Below are positions 28,340-36,119 of a stretch of DNA of 64,000 nt, piece by piece. This DNA comes from Spirochaetota bacterium. Its GTDB lineage: Bacteria > Spirochaetota > Spirochaetia > Treponematales > UBA12059. A program made the position numbers and the translations under genes. Position 1 is the first letter of the stretch. Each line of letters begins with the position of its first letter. The notes under the pieces were generated by a model. That model was not told the DNA's origin. It did not search any database and worked only from the letters and a program-made list of their open reading frames with translations. The stretch is taken from NCBI GenBank assembly GCA_022703505.1, contig JAKLDN010000005.1, positions 200,717 through 264,716 on the forward strand. Direction: 5' to 3'.

Positions 28340-30340
28340 ATGGCGGACAAGAAGCGCATCCTGATCCTGGGCGGCGGCTACGCGGGCGTCTGGGCCGGGA
28401 AGATCCTAGAAAAGAAGTACCGGAAGCGGGACGACGTGGAAATCACCCTGGTGGACAAGAAGCCCTTCCACACCCTGATGACCGAGCTGCACGAGGTGGC
28501 CGGCTGGCGGGTGGAGCCCGAATCGGTCCAGGTCCCCTTCCGCAAGATCTTCGGCGCCCGGAAGATCGACATCCGGGTCGACACCATCACCGGGGTCGAC
28601 TTCCACGCCAAGGTCGCCAAGAGCTCCAGCGCGGAGTACCCCTTCGACTACATCGTCATCGGGGTCGGGGCGGAGCCCGAGTACTTCGGCATTCCCGGGG
28701 TCCAGGAGAACTCCTTCCCCCTGTGGTCCTTCGACGACGCGATACGCCTGCGGCACCACGTGGAGCACATGTTCGCCAAGGCCGCCTGCGAGACCGACCC
28801 CGCCAAGCGCCGGCGCATGCTCACTTTCGTGGTGGCCGGCGCGGGCTTCACGGGGATCGAGATGATCGGCGAGCTCCTGGAGTACCGCCAGGACATGTGC
28901 CGCAAGCACCACCTGGATCCCAAGGAGACCCGGGTCGTCAACATCGAAGCCCTGCCCTCCATTCTCCCGATCCTGGAGGAGCCCCTCCGGGTCCGGGCCG
29001 AGAACTACATGAAAAAGATGGGCTGCGAGATCTTCCTGAACTCCGCCATCACCGGCGCGGAGCCCGGAAAGGTCCTGCTGAAGGACGGCACCGTCGTGGA
29101 GACGGACACCTTCATCTGGACCTGCGGGGTCAAGGGCTCGTCCTTCACCTCCGTCCTGGACGTCCCCAAGGCCGAGCGGGGCCGGGGCCGCATGCAGGCC
29201 AACGACTTCATGCAGTCCACCGCCTACCCCTACGTCTACCTGGCCGGGGACTCCGCCTTCATCCTGGAGCCCAACGGCAAACCCATGCCCCAGATCGTGG
29301 AGGCCTCCCATTGCTCCGCGGAGACGGTGGCCCACAACATCATGGCGGACATCGACGGCGGGGAGCACCACAAGTTCAAGCCGAACTACCACGGCTTCAT
29401 GGTGTCCATCGGCGGGAAGTACGGCGTGGCCAACGCGGGCGGCATGAAGACCCGGGGCTTCATGGCCATGGCCATGAAGCACATGATCAACTGCTGGTAC
29501 CTGCTGAACATCGCGGGGATCAACCAGGTCTGGGAATACCTCAAGCACGAATTCCTGGACATGACCACGGGCCGCACCTTCATCGGCGGCTTCGTGTCCC
29601 ACCGGGTCCGGGCCTACTGGCCGCTCCTCCTGCGCATGTGGCTGGGCCTCATGTGGGTGATGGAGGGCGTGAACAAGATCGGCGAGGGCTGGCTCAAGTT
29701 CGATCTGGGCAGCAAGAGCGGGTGGATGTTCTCCTCCGGGGTGGTCCAGAAGGGCGTGGCCGACGCGGCCAGCGCGGCCAGCGGCGAGTGGGCCGCGGAC
29801 GCCACCGCCGCCGCCTCCGGGGCCGTGGAGGCCGCCGCCGAGGCGGTGACCGCCGCCTCCGGCGAATGGGCCGCGGACGCCACGGCGGCCGCCTCGGGCG
29901 CCGCGGAAGCCGTAGCCGAGGGAGCCGGGAAGGCCCTGGGCAAGGTCTGGGACCTGGCCAAGCCGATCTTCGACTTCAACGGCCCGGTCTCCACCTGGTT
30001 CCGGACCACCTTCATGGACGGGATGTTCGCGCACCTGCACTTCGCCGCCTTCCAGGGCATGATCGTCGTCATGGAGATCCTGATCGGACTCGCCCTCTTC
30101 GGCGGCTGCTTCACCTGGCTGGCCGCGGTGGCCAGCATCGGGATGTGCGTGGTCTTCACCCTCTCGGGCATGTTCGCCTGGGACCAGCTCTGGTTCGTCT
30201 TCGCCGCCATCCTCTGCATGGGCGGGGTCGGACGCGCCTTCGGCATGGACTACTGGGTGGTCCCCTTCTTCAAGCGCTGGTGGAACGGCACCAAGTTCGC
30301 CCGCAAGAACTACTTCTACGCGGACGACCCGACCAAGTGA
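28340..30340 (+). CDS. Type II NADH dehydrogenase-like flavoprotein fused to a DoxX-like membrane domain
   Basis: Two Rossmann motifs (ILGGGYAG, VAGAGFTGIE), IWTCGV and YLAGD; C-terminal LRMWLGLMW...MEILIGLALFGG...AFGMDYW membrane domain. Confidence 0.85.
   Translation: MADKKRILILGGGYAGVWAGKILEKKYRKRDDVEITLVDKKPFHTLMTELHEVAGWRVEPESVQVPFRKIFGARKIDIRVDTITGVDFHAKVAKSSSAEYPFDYIVIGVGAEPEYFGIPGVQENSFPLWSFDDAIRLRHHVEHMFAKAACETDPAKRRRMLTFVVAGAGFTGIEMIGELLEYRQDMCRKHHLDPKETRVVNIEALPSILPILEEPLRVRAENYMKKMGCEIFLNSAITGAEPGKVLLKDGTVVETDTFIWTCGVKGSSFTSVLDVPKAERGRGRMQANDFMQSTAYPYVYLAGDSAFILEPNGKPMPQIVEASHCSAETVAHNIMADIDGGEHHKFKPNYHGFMVSIGGKYGVANAGGMKTRGFMAMAMKHMINCWYLLNIAGINQVWEYLKHEFLDMTTGRTFIGGFVSHRVRAYWPLLLRMWLGLMWVMEGVNKIGEGWLKFDLGSKSGWMFSSGVVQKGVADAASAASGEWAADATAAASGAVEAAAEAVTAASGEWAADATAAASGAAEAVAEGAGKALGKVWDLAKPIFDFNGPVSTWFRTTFMDGMFAHLHFAAFQGMIVVMEILIGLALFGGCFTWLAAVASIGMCVVFTLSGMFAWDQLWFVFAAILCMGGVGRAFGMDYWVVPFFKRWWNGTKFARKNYFYADDPTK
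29783..29938 (+). repeat. Intragenic 78-bp (26-aa) tandem duplication
   Basis: Units starting at 29783 (ggcgagtgggccgcggacgcc) and 29861 (ggcgaatgggccgcggacgcc) encode GEWAADATAAASGA twice. Confidence 0.85.
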
Positions 30341-30354
30341 TTCGAATGATCTCC

Positions 30355-30491
30355 GGAAGGACGGCGCACCCGGGGCGGTGTGCCGTCCTTCCCCTCCGAA
30401 GACGTGCCGCCCTGCCTTCAGAAACACGATCCGGAGAACTCGACGAAGCCCGAAGGGCTTCGTCGCCTTCGGGTCGCGAAGCGACCCGAAG
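30355..30491 (+). repeat. Cluster of three hairpins between the NDH-2 fusion and polyprenyl synthase genes
   Basis: 16-bp stem at 30355-30392 (one G-U); cgacgaagccc-GAA-gggcttcgtcg at 30441-30465; cttcgggtcgc-GAA-gcgacccgaag at 30467-30491. Confidence 0.8.
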
Positions 30492-30493
30492 CG

Positions 30494-31462
30494 ATGACTG
30501 ACTTCTGGAACGATTTCCCCACCGTCAAGAAGCGCCTCGAGGCCGTCTCCGCCGAGATGGCCTCGACTGTCCGCTCCGCGGGTTTCCCCCTGGCCGCGGA
30601 ACTGGCCCGGGTAGTGGAGTCGGACGGCAAGATGCTCCGCCCCGGCTTCCTCCTCCTGGCCGCCGAGTTCGGCAAGCCCGGCCGGGCGGCCGACCTGGCG
30701 CCCCTGGCCGCCTCCATCGAACTGCTGCACATAGCCACCCTGATCCACGACGACATCCTGGACGAGGCGCCCCTCCGCAGGGGGGAGCCCGCCTTCCACG
30801 TGCGGAACGGGGTCAAGGAGGCGGTGCTGACCGGGGACTGGCTCTTCGCCCAGTGTTTCCGCCTGGCCTCGGCCTTCTCCACCCCCGAGAACGCCCGGCG
30901 CTTCGCCCTGGTCATCGGCATCGTCTGCTCCTCGGAGATCCGCCAGGACCTGGACAAGTTCCGGTACTCCAAGAGTGTCCGCGAGTACCTGCGCAAGATC
31001 GCCGGAAAGACCGCGGCCCTCTTCTCCCTGGCCTTCACCCTGGGGGCCGTGGAGGGGGGCTGCGACCCCGGGACGGTAGGCCGTCTGCGGAGAACCGGGT
31101 ACGACATCGGCATGGCCTTCCAGGTGATCGACGACATCCTGGACTACGAGAGCACCGAGGGGATCTTCCGCAAGCCCGTGGGCAAGGACATCTCCGAGGG
31201 CCTGTGCACCCTGCCCCTCATCCACGCCCTGGAGCGGGACGACGGCCGCCTGGCCGCCCTGCTGGAGAATCCCCCCTTCGACCGCCCCGCGGTCGACCGC
31301 ATCGTCCGGCTCATCCGGGAGTCGGGAGCCCTGGAGGCCTCCCGGGGGATCGCGCGGAGGTACACGGAGCGGGCCCTCCGGGAGATCGAGGGCCTGCCCG
31401 ACAAGCCCGTACGGCTGACCCTGAGGCGCGTGACCGAGCGCCTCCTGGTGCGGGCCTACTGA
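30494..31462 (+). CDS. Long-chain polyprenyl diphosphate synthase (HepT/IspB-like)
   Basis: GKMLRP, first and second aspartate-rich motifs (HDDILD..LRRG, FQVIDDILD), GKTA and GKDISEG. Confidence 0.9.
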   Translation: MTDFWNDFPTVKKRLEAVSAEMASTVRSAGFPLAAELARVVESDGKMLRPGFLLLAAEFGKPGRAADLAPLAASIELLHIATLIHDDILDEAPLRRGEPAFHVRNGVKEAVLTGDWLFAQCFRLASAFSTPENARRFALVIGIVCSSEIRQDLDKFRYSKSVREYLRKIAGKTAALFSLAFTLGAVEGGCDPGTVGRLRRTGYDIGMAFQVIDDILDYESTEGIFRKPVGKDISEGLCTLPLIHALERDDGRLAALLENPPFDRPAVDRIVRLIRESGALEASRGIARRYTERALREIEGLPDKPVRLTLRRVTERLLVRAY

Positions 31463-31485
31463 CGGACGCGGGAACGGAGCCGTCC

Positions 31486-32079
31486 ATGAAGAACGAACTG
31501 GCCACCTACATCCTGGTCGCCCTGGGCCTTTCCATGGACGCCTTCGCGGTGTCCGTCTCCAGCGGGATCTGCATCCCCAGGCTCGAGTTCCGGCACGGGC
31601 TCCGTGCAGCCGCCTTCTTCGGCCTTTTCCAGTTCCTGATGCCCCTGGCCGGGTACTTCGTCGGCGCCGCCTTCCGGGGCCCGATCCGGGGCTACGACCA
31701 CTGGATCGCCTTCGGCCTGTTGGCCTTCGTGGGGGCCAAGATGATCAAGGAGGGCTTCGAGGTCCGCACGGACGCGGCCTGCGACGAGGAGGAGCTCCGC
31801 AAACGGAACATCCTGGACCTGGGAACCCTGGTCCTGCTGTCCGTGGCCACCAGCATCGACGCCTTGGCGGTGGGGCTTTCCTACAGCCTCCTGGACCAGC
31901 CCATCCTCCCCCCCGCCTCCATCATCGGCGTCCTGACCTTCCTGGTATGCCTGGCGGGCTGCGAGTTCGGCAAGCGCCTGGGCGCCGTCTTCGAGCGCTG
32001 GGCCGAGGTGGCCGGGGGAGCCGTCCTCGTGGGCATCGGGATCAAGATCCTGGCGGAGCACCTCTCGAACGGGCTGTAG
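31486..32079 (+). CDS. mntP: Manganese efflux pump MntP family
   Basis: LGLSMDAFAVS, FGLFQFLMP and ATSIDALAVG motifs. Confidence 0.88.
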   Translation: MKNELATYILVALGLSMDAFAVSVSSGICIPRLEFRHGLRAAAFFGLFQFLMPLAGYFVGAAFRGPIRGYDHWIAFGLLAFVGAKMIKEGFEVRTDAACDEEELRKRNILDLGTLVLLSVATSIDALAVGLSYSLLDQPILPPASIIGVLTFLVCLAGCEFGKRLGAVFERWAEVAGGAVLVGIGIKILAEHLSNGL

Positions 32080-32130
32080 CCTCCTCGCCGCTCCACAAGG
32101 AAGCCCCGCGGAGGGTATACTGTCGATCCG

Positions 32131-32655
32131 ATGAAGAATCGAATCCCCGCGGCGATCCTCCTGTCCCTCCTGGTCTCGGCGGCCGCCCAGGTTCCGGCAC
32201 CGCGGCCGGACGCGCCCGCCCTCCCGGTGCCTCCCGCAGGGACTGCGGACCGGCGGGCCCGCGTGCTCCTTCCCGACGATCCCGCCCCCCTCCTGGACCT
32301 GTCCCTGGAGGAGGCCTGGAACCGGCTGGGGCCGCCCCGGAGTATCCTGGCGGTCCGGGGGAACGAGCCCTGGCAGGACGACGTCGCCTTCGAGTACGGG
32401 GACGGGCTTTCGGTGTACTGGTACCGGGACCGCCTGTGGCAGGTGCGTCTCTCCGCGGGGTACGCGGGTTCCTGTTTCGGGTTCTTCCTGGGCGATCCCG
32501 CGGACAAGGCCCTGTCCCTCCTGGGCACCCCGGACCGTGGGGAGTCCGGCATCCTGGAGTGGCGGCTGCCCTGGCGGGGTTACCCGGCCAAGCTTCGCGT
32601 GGTGACCCGGGACGGCGCGATCGCGGAGGTGTATGTCTACCGCTCGGACTTCTAG
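32131..32655 (+). CDS. Hypothetical exported protein
   Basis: Signal peptide, Pro-rich linker and small beta-rich domain; TATACT 9 nt upstream of the ATG. Confidence 0.7.
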   Translation: MKNRIPAAILLSLLVSAAAQVPAPRPDAPALPVPPAGTADRRARVLLPDDPAPLLDLSLEEAWNRLGPPRSILAVRGNEPWQDDVAFEYGDGLSVYWYRDRLWQVRLSAGYAGSCFGFFLGDPADKALSLLGTPDRGESGILEWRLPWRGYPAKLRVVTRDGAIAEVYVYRSDF

Positions 32656-32658
32656 GAG

Positions 32659-34170
32659 GTGCCCGTGGCCCAGCTCTGCCTCTGCCTGACCGGAAGCACC
32701 CTGGCGGAAAACCTCCGGGCCCTGGACATGTACCGGGGCCGGATCGACCTGGCCGAACTCCGGGCGGACTGCCTGGATCCCAACGAGGTCTTCCATATCC
32801 GTTCGTTCCCGGAGCTGGCGGGAATCCCGACCATCCTCTCGGTCCGGCGCCGCGCGGACGGAGGCTACTTCGACGACGGGGAAGGCGCCCGGCTCGTGGT
32901 CTTCGCCAAGGGCCTGGCCTTCGCCAGCCGGGACCGGAGACTGAACTTCGCCTACGTGGACATCGAGCAGGACTTCCGGATCCCGGCCCTGGAGGAGGCG
33001 GCGCGCACCTTCGGTACCCGGATCATCCGGTCCCGGTACTGCCCCGCCGGACTGCCGGAGGACCTGGACGAGATTTGGACGGACCTCTCACGGGATCCCT
33101 ACGAGATCCCCAAGCTGGCGGCCGTCCTGCGGGGCATCGGGGAGACCCGCCGGCTCTTCGAGTTCGCGGACCGTCTGCCCGACACGGAGCACATCGTCTC
33201 CGGGATGGGGGAGTACGGATTCTGCTTCCGCATCCTGACCTCCCGCACGGGAAGCCTGATCAACTACGCCAGTCCCTCCCTGGCGGGCCTTCCCTCCGCC
33301 GCCCCCGGACAGGCCACCGCGGAGGAGTACGAGAACGTCTACCGCTGGCGGAAGATCCGGAAGGACTACTCGGTCTTCGGAATCCTGGGAGGCCCCTCGG
33401 TCCTGGGCTCCCTCTCCCCCTCCCTGCACAACGCGGGATACGCGGAACTGGGGATGCCCGCGGTCTACCTACCCTTCCCCTCGGATTCCCTGGAGCAGTT
33501 CCTGGCCCTGGCGGAGGAACTGGGGGTTCGTGGTTTCTCCGTCACCGTTCCCTTCAAGGAAAAAATCCTGCCCTACCTTACGGAACGCGCTCCGGAGGTC
33601 TCCGCCATCGGTGCCTGCAACACCGTGGTCCGGACCCCCTCGGGCTGGTACGGCACGAACACCGACGCCGCGGGCTTCGAGCGCTCCGTCCTGGACTTCC
33701 TCAAGCGCCCCGACTTGAAGGGCGTCCGGACCGCCATCATCGGGGCCGGAGGCTCCGCCCGGGCGGTGGCCTACGCCCTGCAGAAGCTGGGGGCCTCGGC
33801 CTGCGTGGTCAACCGGGGCATGAACAAGGCCAAGCAGCTGGCCGAGCGCCACGGCTTCGAGTGGGCGGGGATGAACGAACGGGCGGTGGAGCTCCTGGGC
33901 CGATACAACGATCTCATCGTACAGACCACCTCGGTGGGCATGGAGGGGGGAGTTCCGGGGGATCCCCTGGAATGGTACGAGTTCACGGGCTCGGAAGCCC
34001 TGGTGGACATCATCTACAACCCCAAGGAGACCCCCGTGATGCGCCGGGCCCGGGAGGCGGGCTGCGCCGTGGCCAACGGCCTGGGGATGCTACGCGCCCA
34101 GGGGGAGGTCCAGTTCGAACTGTTCACCGGCAAAAAGTACCCCGGCCTGCCCTTCGGGGACGTAGTCTAG
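32659..34170 (+). CDS. aroE: Bifunctional type I 3-dehydroquinate dehydratase / shikimate dehydrogenase (AroD-AroE fusion)
   Basis: N-terminal ELRAD, IPKLA, MGEYG and APGQ; C-terminal SLSP, TVPFK, NTV, NTD, GAGGSARA and QG. Confidence 0.85.
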   Translation: MPVAQLCLCLTGSTLAENLRALDMYRGRIDLAELRADCLDPNEVFHIRSFPELAGIPTILSVRRRADGGYFDDGEGARLVVFAKGLAFASRDRRLNFAYVDIEQDFRIPALEEAARTFGTRIIRSRYCPAGLPEDLDEIWTDLSRDPYEIPKLAAVLRGIGETRRLFEFADRLPDTEHIVSGMGEYGFCFRILTSRTGSLINYASPSLAGLPSAAPGQATAEEYENVYRWRKIRKDYSVFGILGGPSVLGSLSPSLHNAGYAELGMPAVYLPFPSDSLEQFLALAEELGVRGFSVTVPFKEKILPYLTERAPEVSAIGACNTVVRTPSGWYGTNTDAAGFERSVLDFLKRPDLKGVRTAIIGAGGSARAVAYALQKLGASACVVNRGMNKAKQLAERHGFEWAGMNERAVELLGRYNDLIVQTTSVGMEGGVPGDPLEWYEFTGSEALVDIIYNPKETPVMRRAREAGCAVANGLGMLRAQGEVQFELFTGKKYPGLPFGDVV

Positions 34171-34206
34171 CAGGGTGCTGACACGCTCGAAGCTTGTCAG
34201 CACCCC
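34167..34206 (+). repeat. CTAG-anchored palindromic element, copy B
   Basis: ctagca-gggtgctgaca-cgctcgaagct-tgtcagcaccc; perfect 11-bp stem; same CTCGAAG core as the other copies; its TAG is the aroDE stop. Confidence 0.75.
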
Positions 34207-34266
34207 GCTCTGCAATTGCTCGAAAAGCCCGCGCTTTTCCGCGCGATTGTTAAACAAAGGAGACCT

Positions 34267-35145
34267 ATGCAGAGCAAGAGCGCCTTCGTGGCCGTGGTCG
34301 GCCGACCTTCCAGCGGAAAATCCACCCTGATGAACGCCCTGTGCGGCCAGAAGGTGTCCATCGTCTCCCCGGTCCCCCAGACCACCAAGAACACCATCCG
34401 GGGCATCGTGAACCGCCCGGAGGGCCAGCTGGTCTTCCTGGACACCCCGGGGATCCACGACTCGGGCCAGCGCCTGAACCAGCGCCTCCGGGACCTGGCA
34501 CGGGAAGCCCTGGGGGAGGCGGACCTCGTCCTTTACGTCCTGGACTCCACCCGTGCCCCGGGCCGGGAGGAGCAGGCCATAGCCGCCCTCCTGGCTCCCT
34601 ACGCGGCCAAGGCCGTGGCCGCAGTTAACAAGACGGACGCCGAAAGCGCCGACCCCGGGAGGGCCCGCGCCTTCCTGACGGAATCCCTGCCCGGCCTGGA
34701 AGCCCTGGATATCTCCGCCCTGACCGGGACGGGCACTCCGGAGCTCCTGGCCCGGCTCTACGAGCGGGCCCCGGAAGGCCCGGCCTGGTATCCCGAGGAG
34801 TACTACACGGACCAGGAACCCGTGTTCCGGATCGCGGAGATGGTGCGGGAGAAGGTCCTGCTCCATACCCGGGAGGAACTGCCCCACGCGGTCTACGTGG
34901 ACTACCGGGACTCGGGCCGCCGGGAGGACGGGGCCCTGGTCTACGAGGCGGACCTGGTGGTGGAGCGGGAAAGCCAGAAGGGCATCCTGATCGGGGCCAA
35001 GGGCTCCACGATCCGGCGCATCCGGGAGGAGGCCGAGCGGGACCTGGCGGACATCTTCCCGTACGCGGTGGTCCTATCCTTGCGGGTTCGGGTCCAGCCG
35101 GATTGGAAGAAGGACGAAAAGCTCATCCGGAAGCTGTATTACTGA
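34267..35145 (+). CDS. era: GTPase Era
   Basis: GRPSSGKST, QTT, DTPG and NKTD motifs, plus C-terminal KH domain (SQKGILIGAKG). Confidence 0.93.
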   Translation: MQSKSAFVAVVGRPSSGKSTLMNALCGQKVSIVSPVPQTTKNTIRGIVNRPEGQLVFLDTPGIHDSGQRLNQRLRDLAREALGEADLVLYVLDSTRAPGREEQAIAALLAPYAAKAVAAVNKTDAESADPGRARAFLTESLPGLEALDISALTGTGTPELLARLYERAPEGPAWYPEEYYTDQEPVFRIAEMVREKVLLHTREELPHAVYVDYRDSGRREDGALVYEADLVVERESQKGILIGAKGSTIRRIREEAERDLADIFPYAVVLSLRVRVQPDWKKDEKLIRKLYY

Positions 35146-35164
35146 GCTTGCCAGAATGGATCCC

Positions 35165-35257
35165 AACAGGATGAACAGGATAGGAGATGGATGGACAGGA
35201 TACGGGAGGAAGAGATTCGGAGATATCCGGTTCTCTCATCATCCGATCCTGCCCATC
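35165..35257. repeat. ACAGGAT direct repeats with a downstream inverted copy
   Basis: aacaggatg aacaggata ... gatggacaggata (35165-35202); atcctgcccatc (35246-35257) pairs with gatggacaggat (35190-35201). Confidence 0.6.
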
Positions 35258-35381
35258 GTCGATACATCTCAAGAAAGTCAAGGAAGCGACGAAGAATCCC
35301 GCCTGGTGGACAGGCCCATGTTCCTCGGTGGCATTCAAAGGACCCCGGGCTTGCATCACGACCGTGAACTTCAAAAAAGCA

Positions 35382-35426
35382 TTGACAGTTGTAAAGGATT
35401 CCTGTAGATTAGTGATTGATAACTAA
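35382..35426 (+). promoter_or_regulatory. Promoter and TetR-type operator upstream of the tetR gene
   Basis: TTGACA (35382-35387)-17 nt-TAGATT; dyad ttagtgat-tg-ataactaa (35409-35426). Confidence 0.65.
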
Positions 35427-35447
35427 CCCCCAAGAAAGGAGGCCTTT

Positions 35448-36029
35448 TTGTCGCTCAGCGAACGTCAACGGGAGATCCTGGACGCCGCTCTGGAACGGAT
35501 CGATGAATTGGGCATCCAGGAGCTGACGATGAAGCGGATCGCGGCTACCGTGGGGATCAGCGAACCGGCCCTGTATCGCCACTTCACTTCCAAGTCGGAG
35601 ATCCTTTCGGCCGTCGTGGGCGAGATGGAGACCGTCAGCGCCCAGTCCCTCGAATCCGCCCGGCGGACGGGACGGGGATCCGCCGAAGTCCTCGCGTCCT
35701 TCCTCGAGTCCCATTCCCGCCGCTTCGCAGAGCATCCCGCCCTGACGGCGGTCCTGTTTTCCGAAGACCTGTTCCGGAACGACCCGACCCTGCACTCCCG
35801 GGTGGGAGCCATCGTCTCGAACACCCAGGAACTCCTGCGGAGTGAAATCGAGAAGGGCCGGGCCTCCGGGGATTTCCGCCGCGACCTCGAACCGGAAGCC
35901 GCCGCCTTGATGCTGGCGGGGGGATTCCGGCTTCTCGTCTCCCTCTGGAATCTGAGGGGCCACAATTTCGACCTGATCGCGCGAACGAGATCCTACCTAG
36001 AATCGGCGATAAAGGTCTTGAAAGGCTGA
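35448..36029 (+). CDS. TetR/AcrR family regulator
   Basis: LSERQREILDAA...LTMKRIAATVGISEPALYRHFTSKSEIL HTH; TTG start after aggagg. Confidence 0.9.
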   Translation: MSLSERQREILDAALERIDELGIQELTMKRIAATVGISEPALYRHFTSKSEILSAVVGEMETVSAQSLESARRTGRGSAEVLASFLESHSRRFAEHPALTAVLFSEDLFRNDPTLHSRVGAIVSNTQELLRSEIEKGRASGDFRRDLEPEAAALMLAGGFRLLVSLWNLRGHNFDLIARTRSYLESAIKVLKG

Positions 36030-36080
36030 CGCCGGGAATCGCCGAGGGCGGCGACATGGCGGGACTTGTTTACCCAAATA

Positions 36081-36100
36081 GCGAGTTATCGATAACTCGC
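36081..36100. promoter_or_regulatory. Perfect 20-bp palindrome, probable second TetR operator
   Basis: gcgagttatc|gataactcgc; shares the core AGT(T/G)AT(C/T)GATAACT with the dyad at 35409-35426. Confidence 0.65.
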
Positions 36101-36119
36101 ACTACAATAAGGAGCACAG

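Noticed and set aside
29755-29940. CRISPR-like or VNTR interpretation of the repeats in the NDH-2 fusion
   Set aside because: The repeat is in frame, has synonymous differences between units and has no spacer structure. It is a protein repeat.
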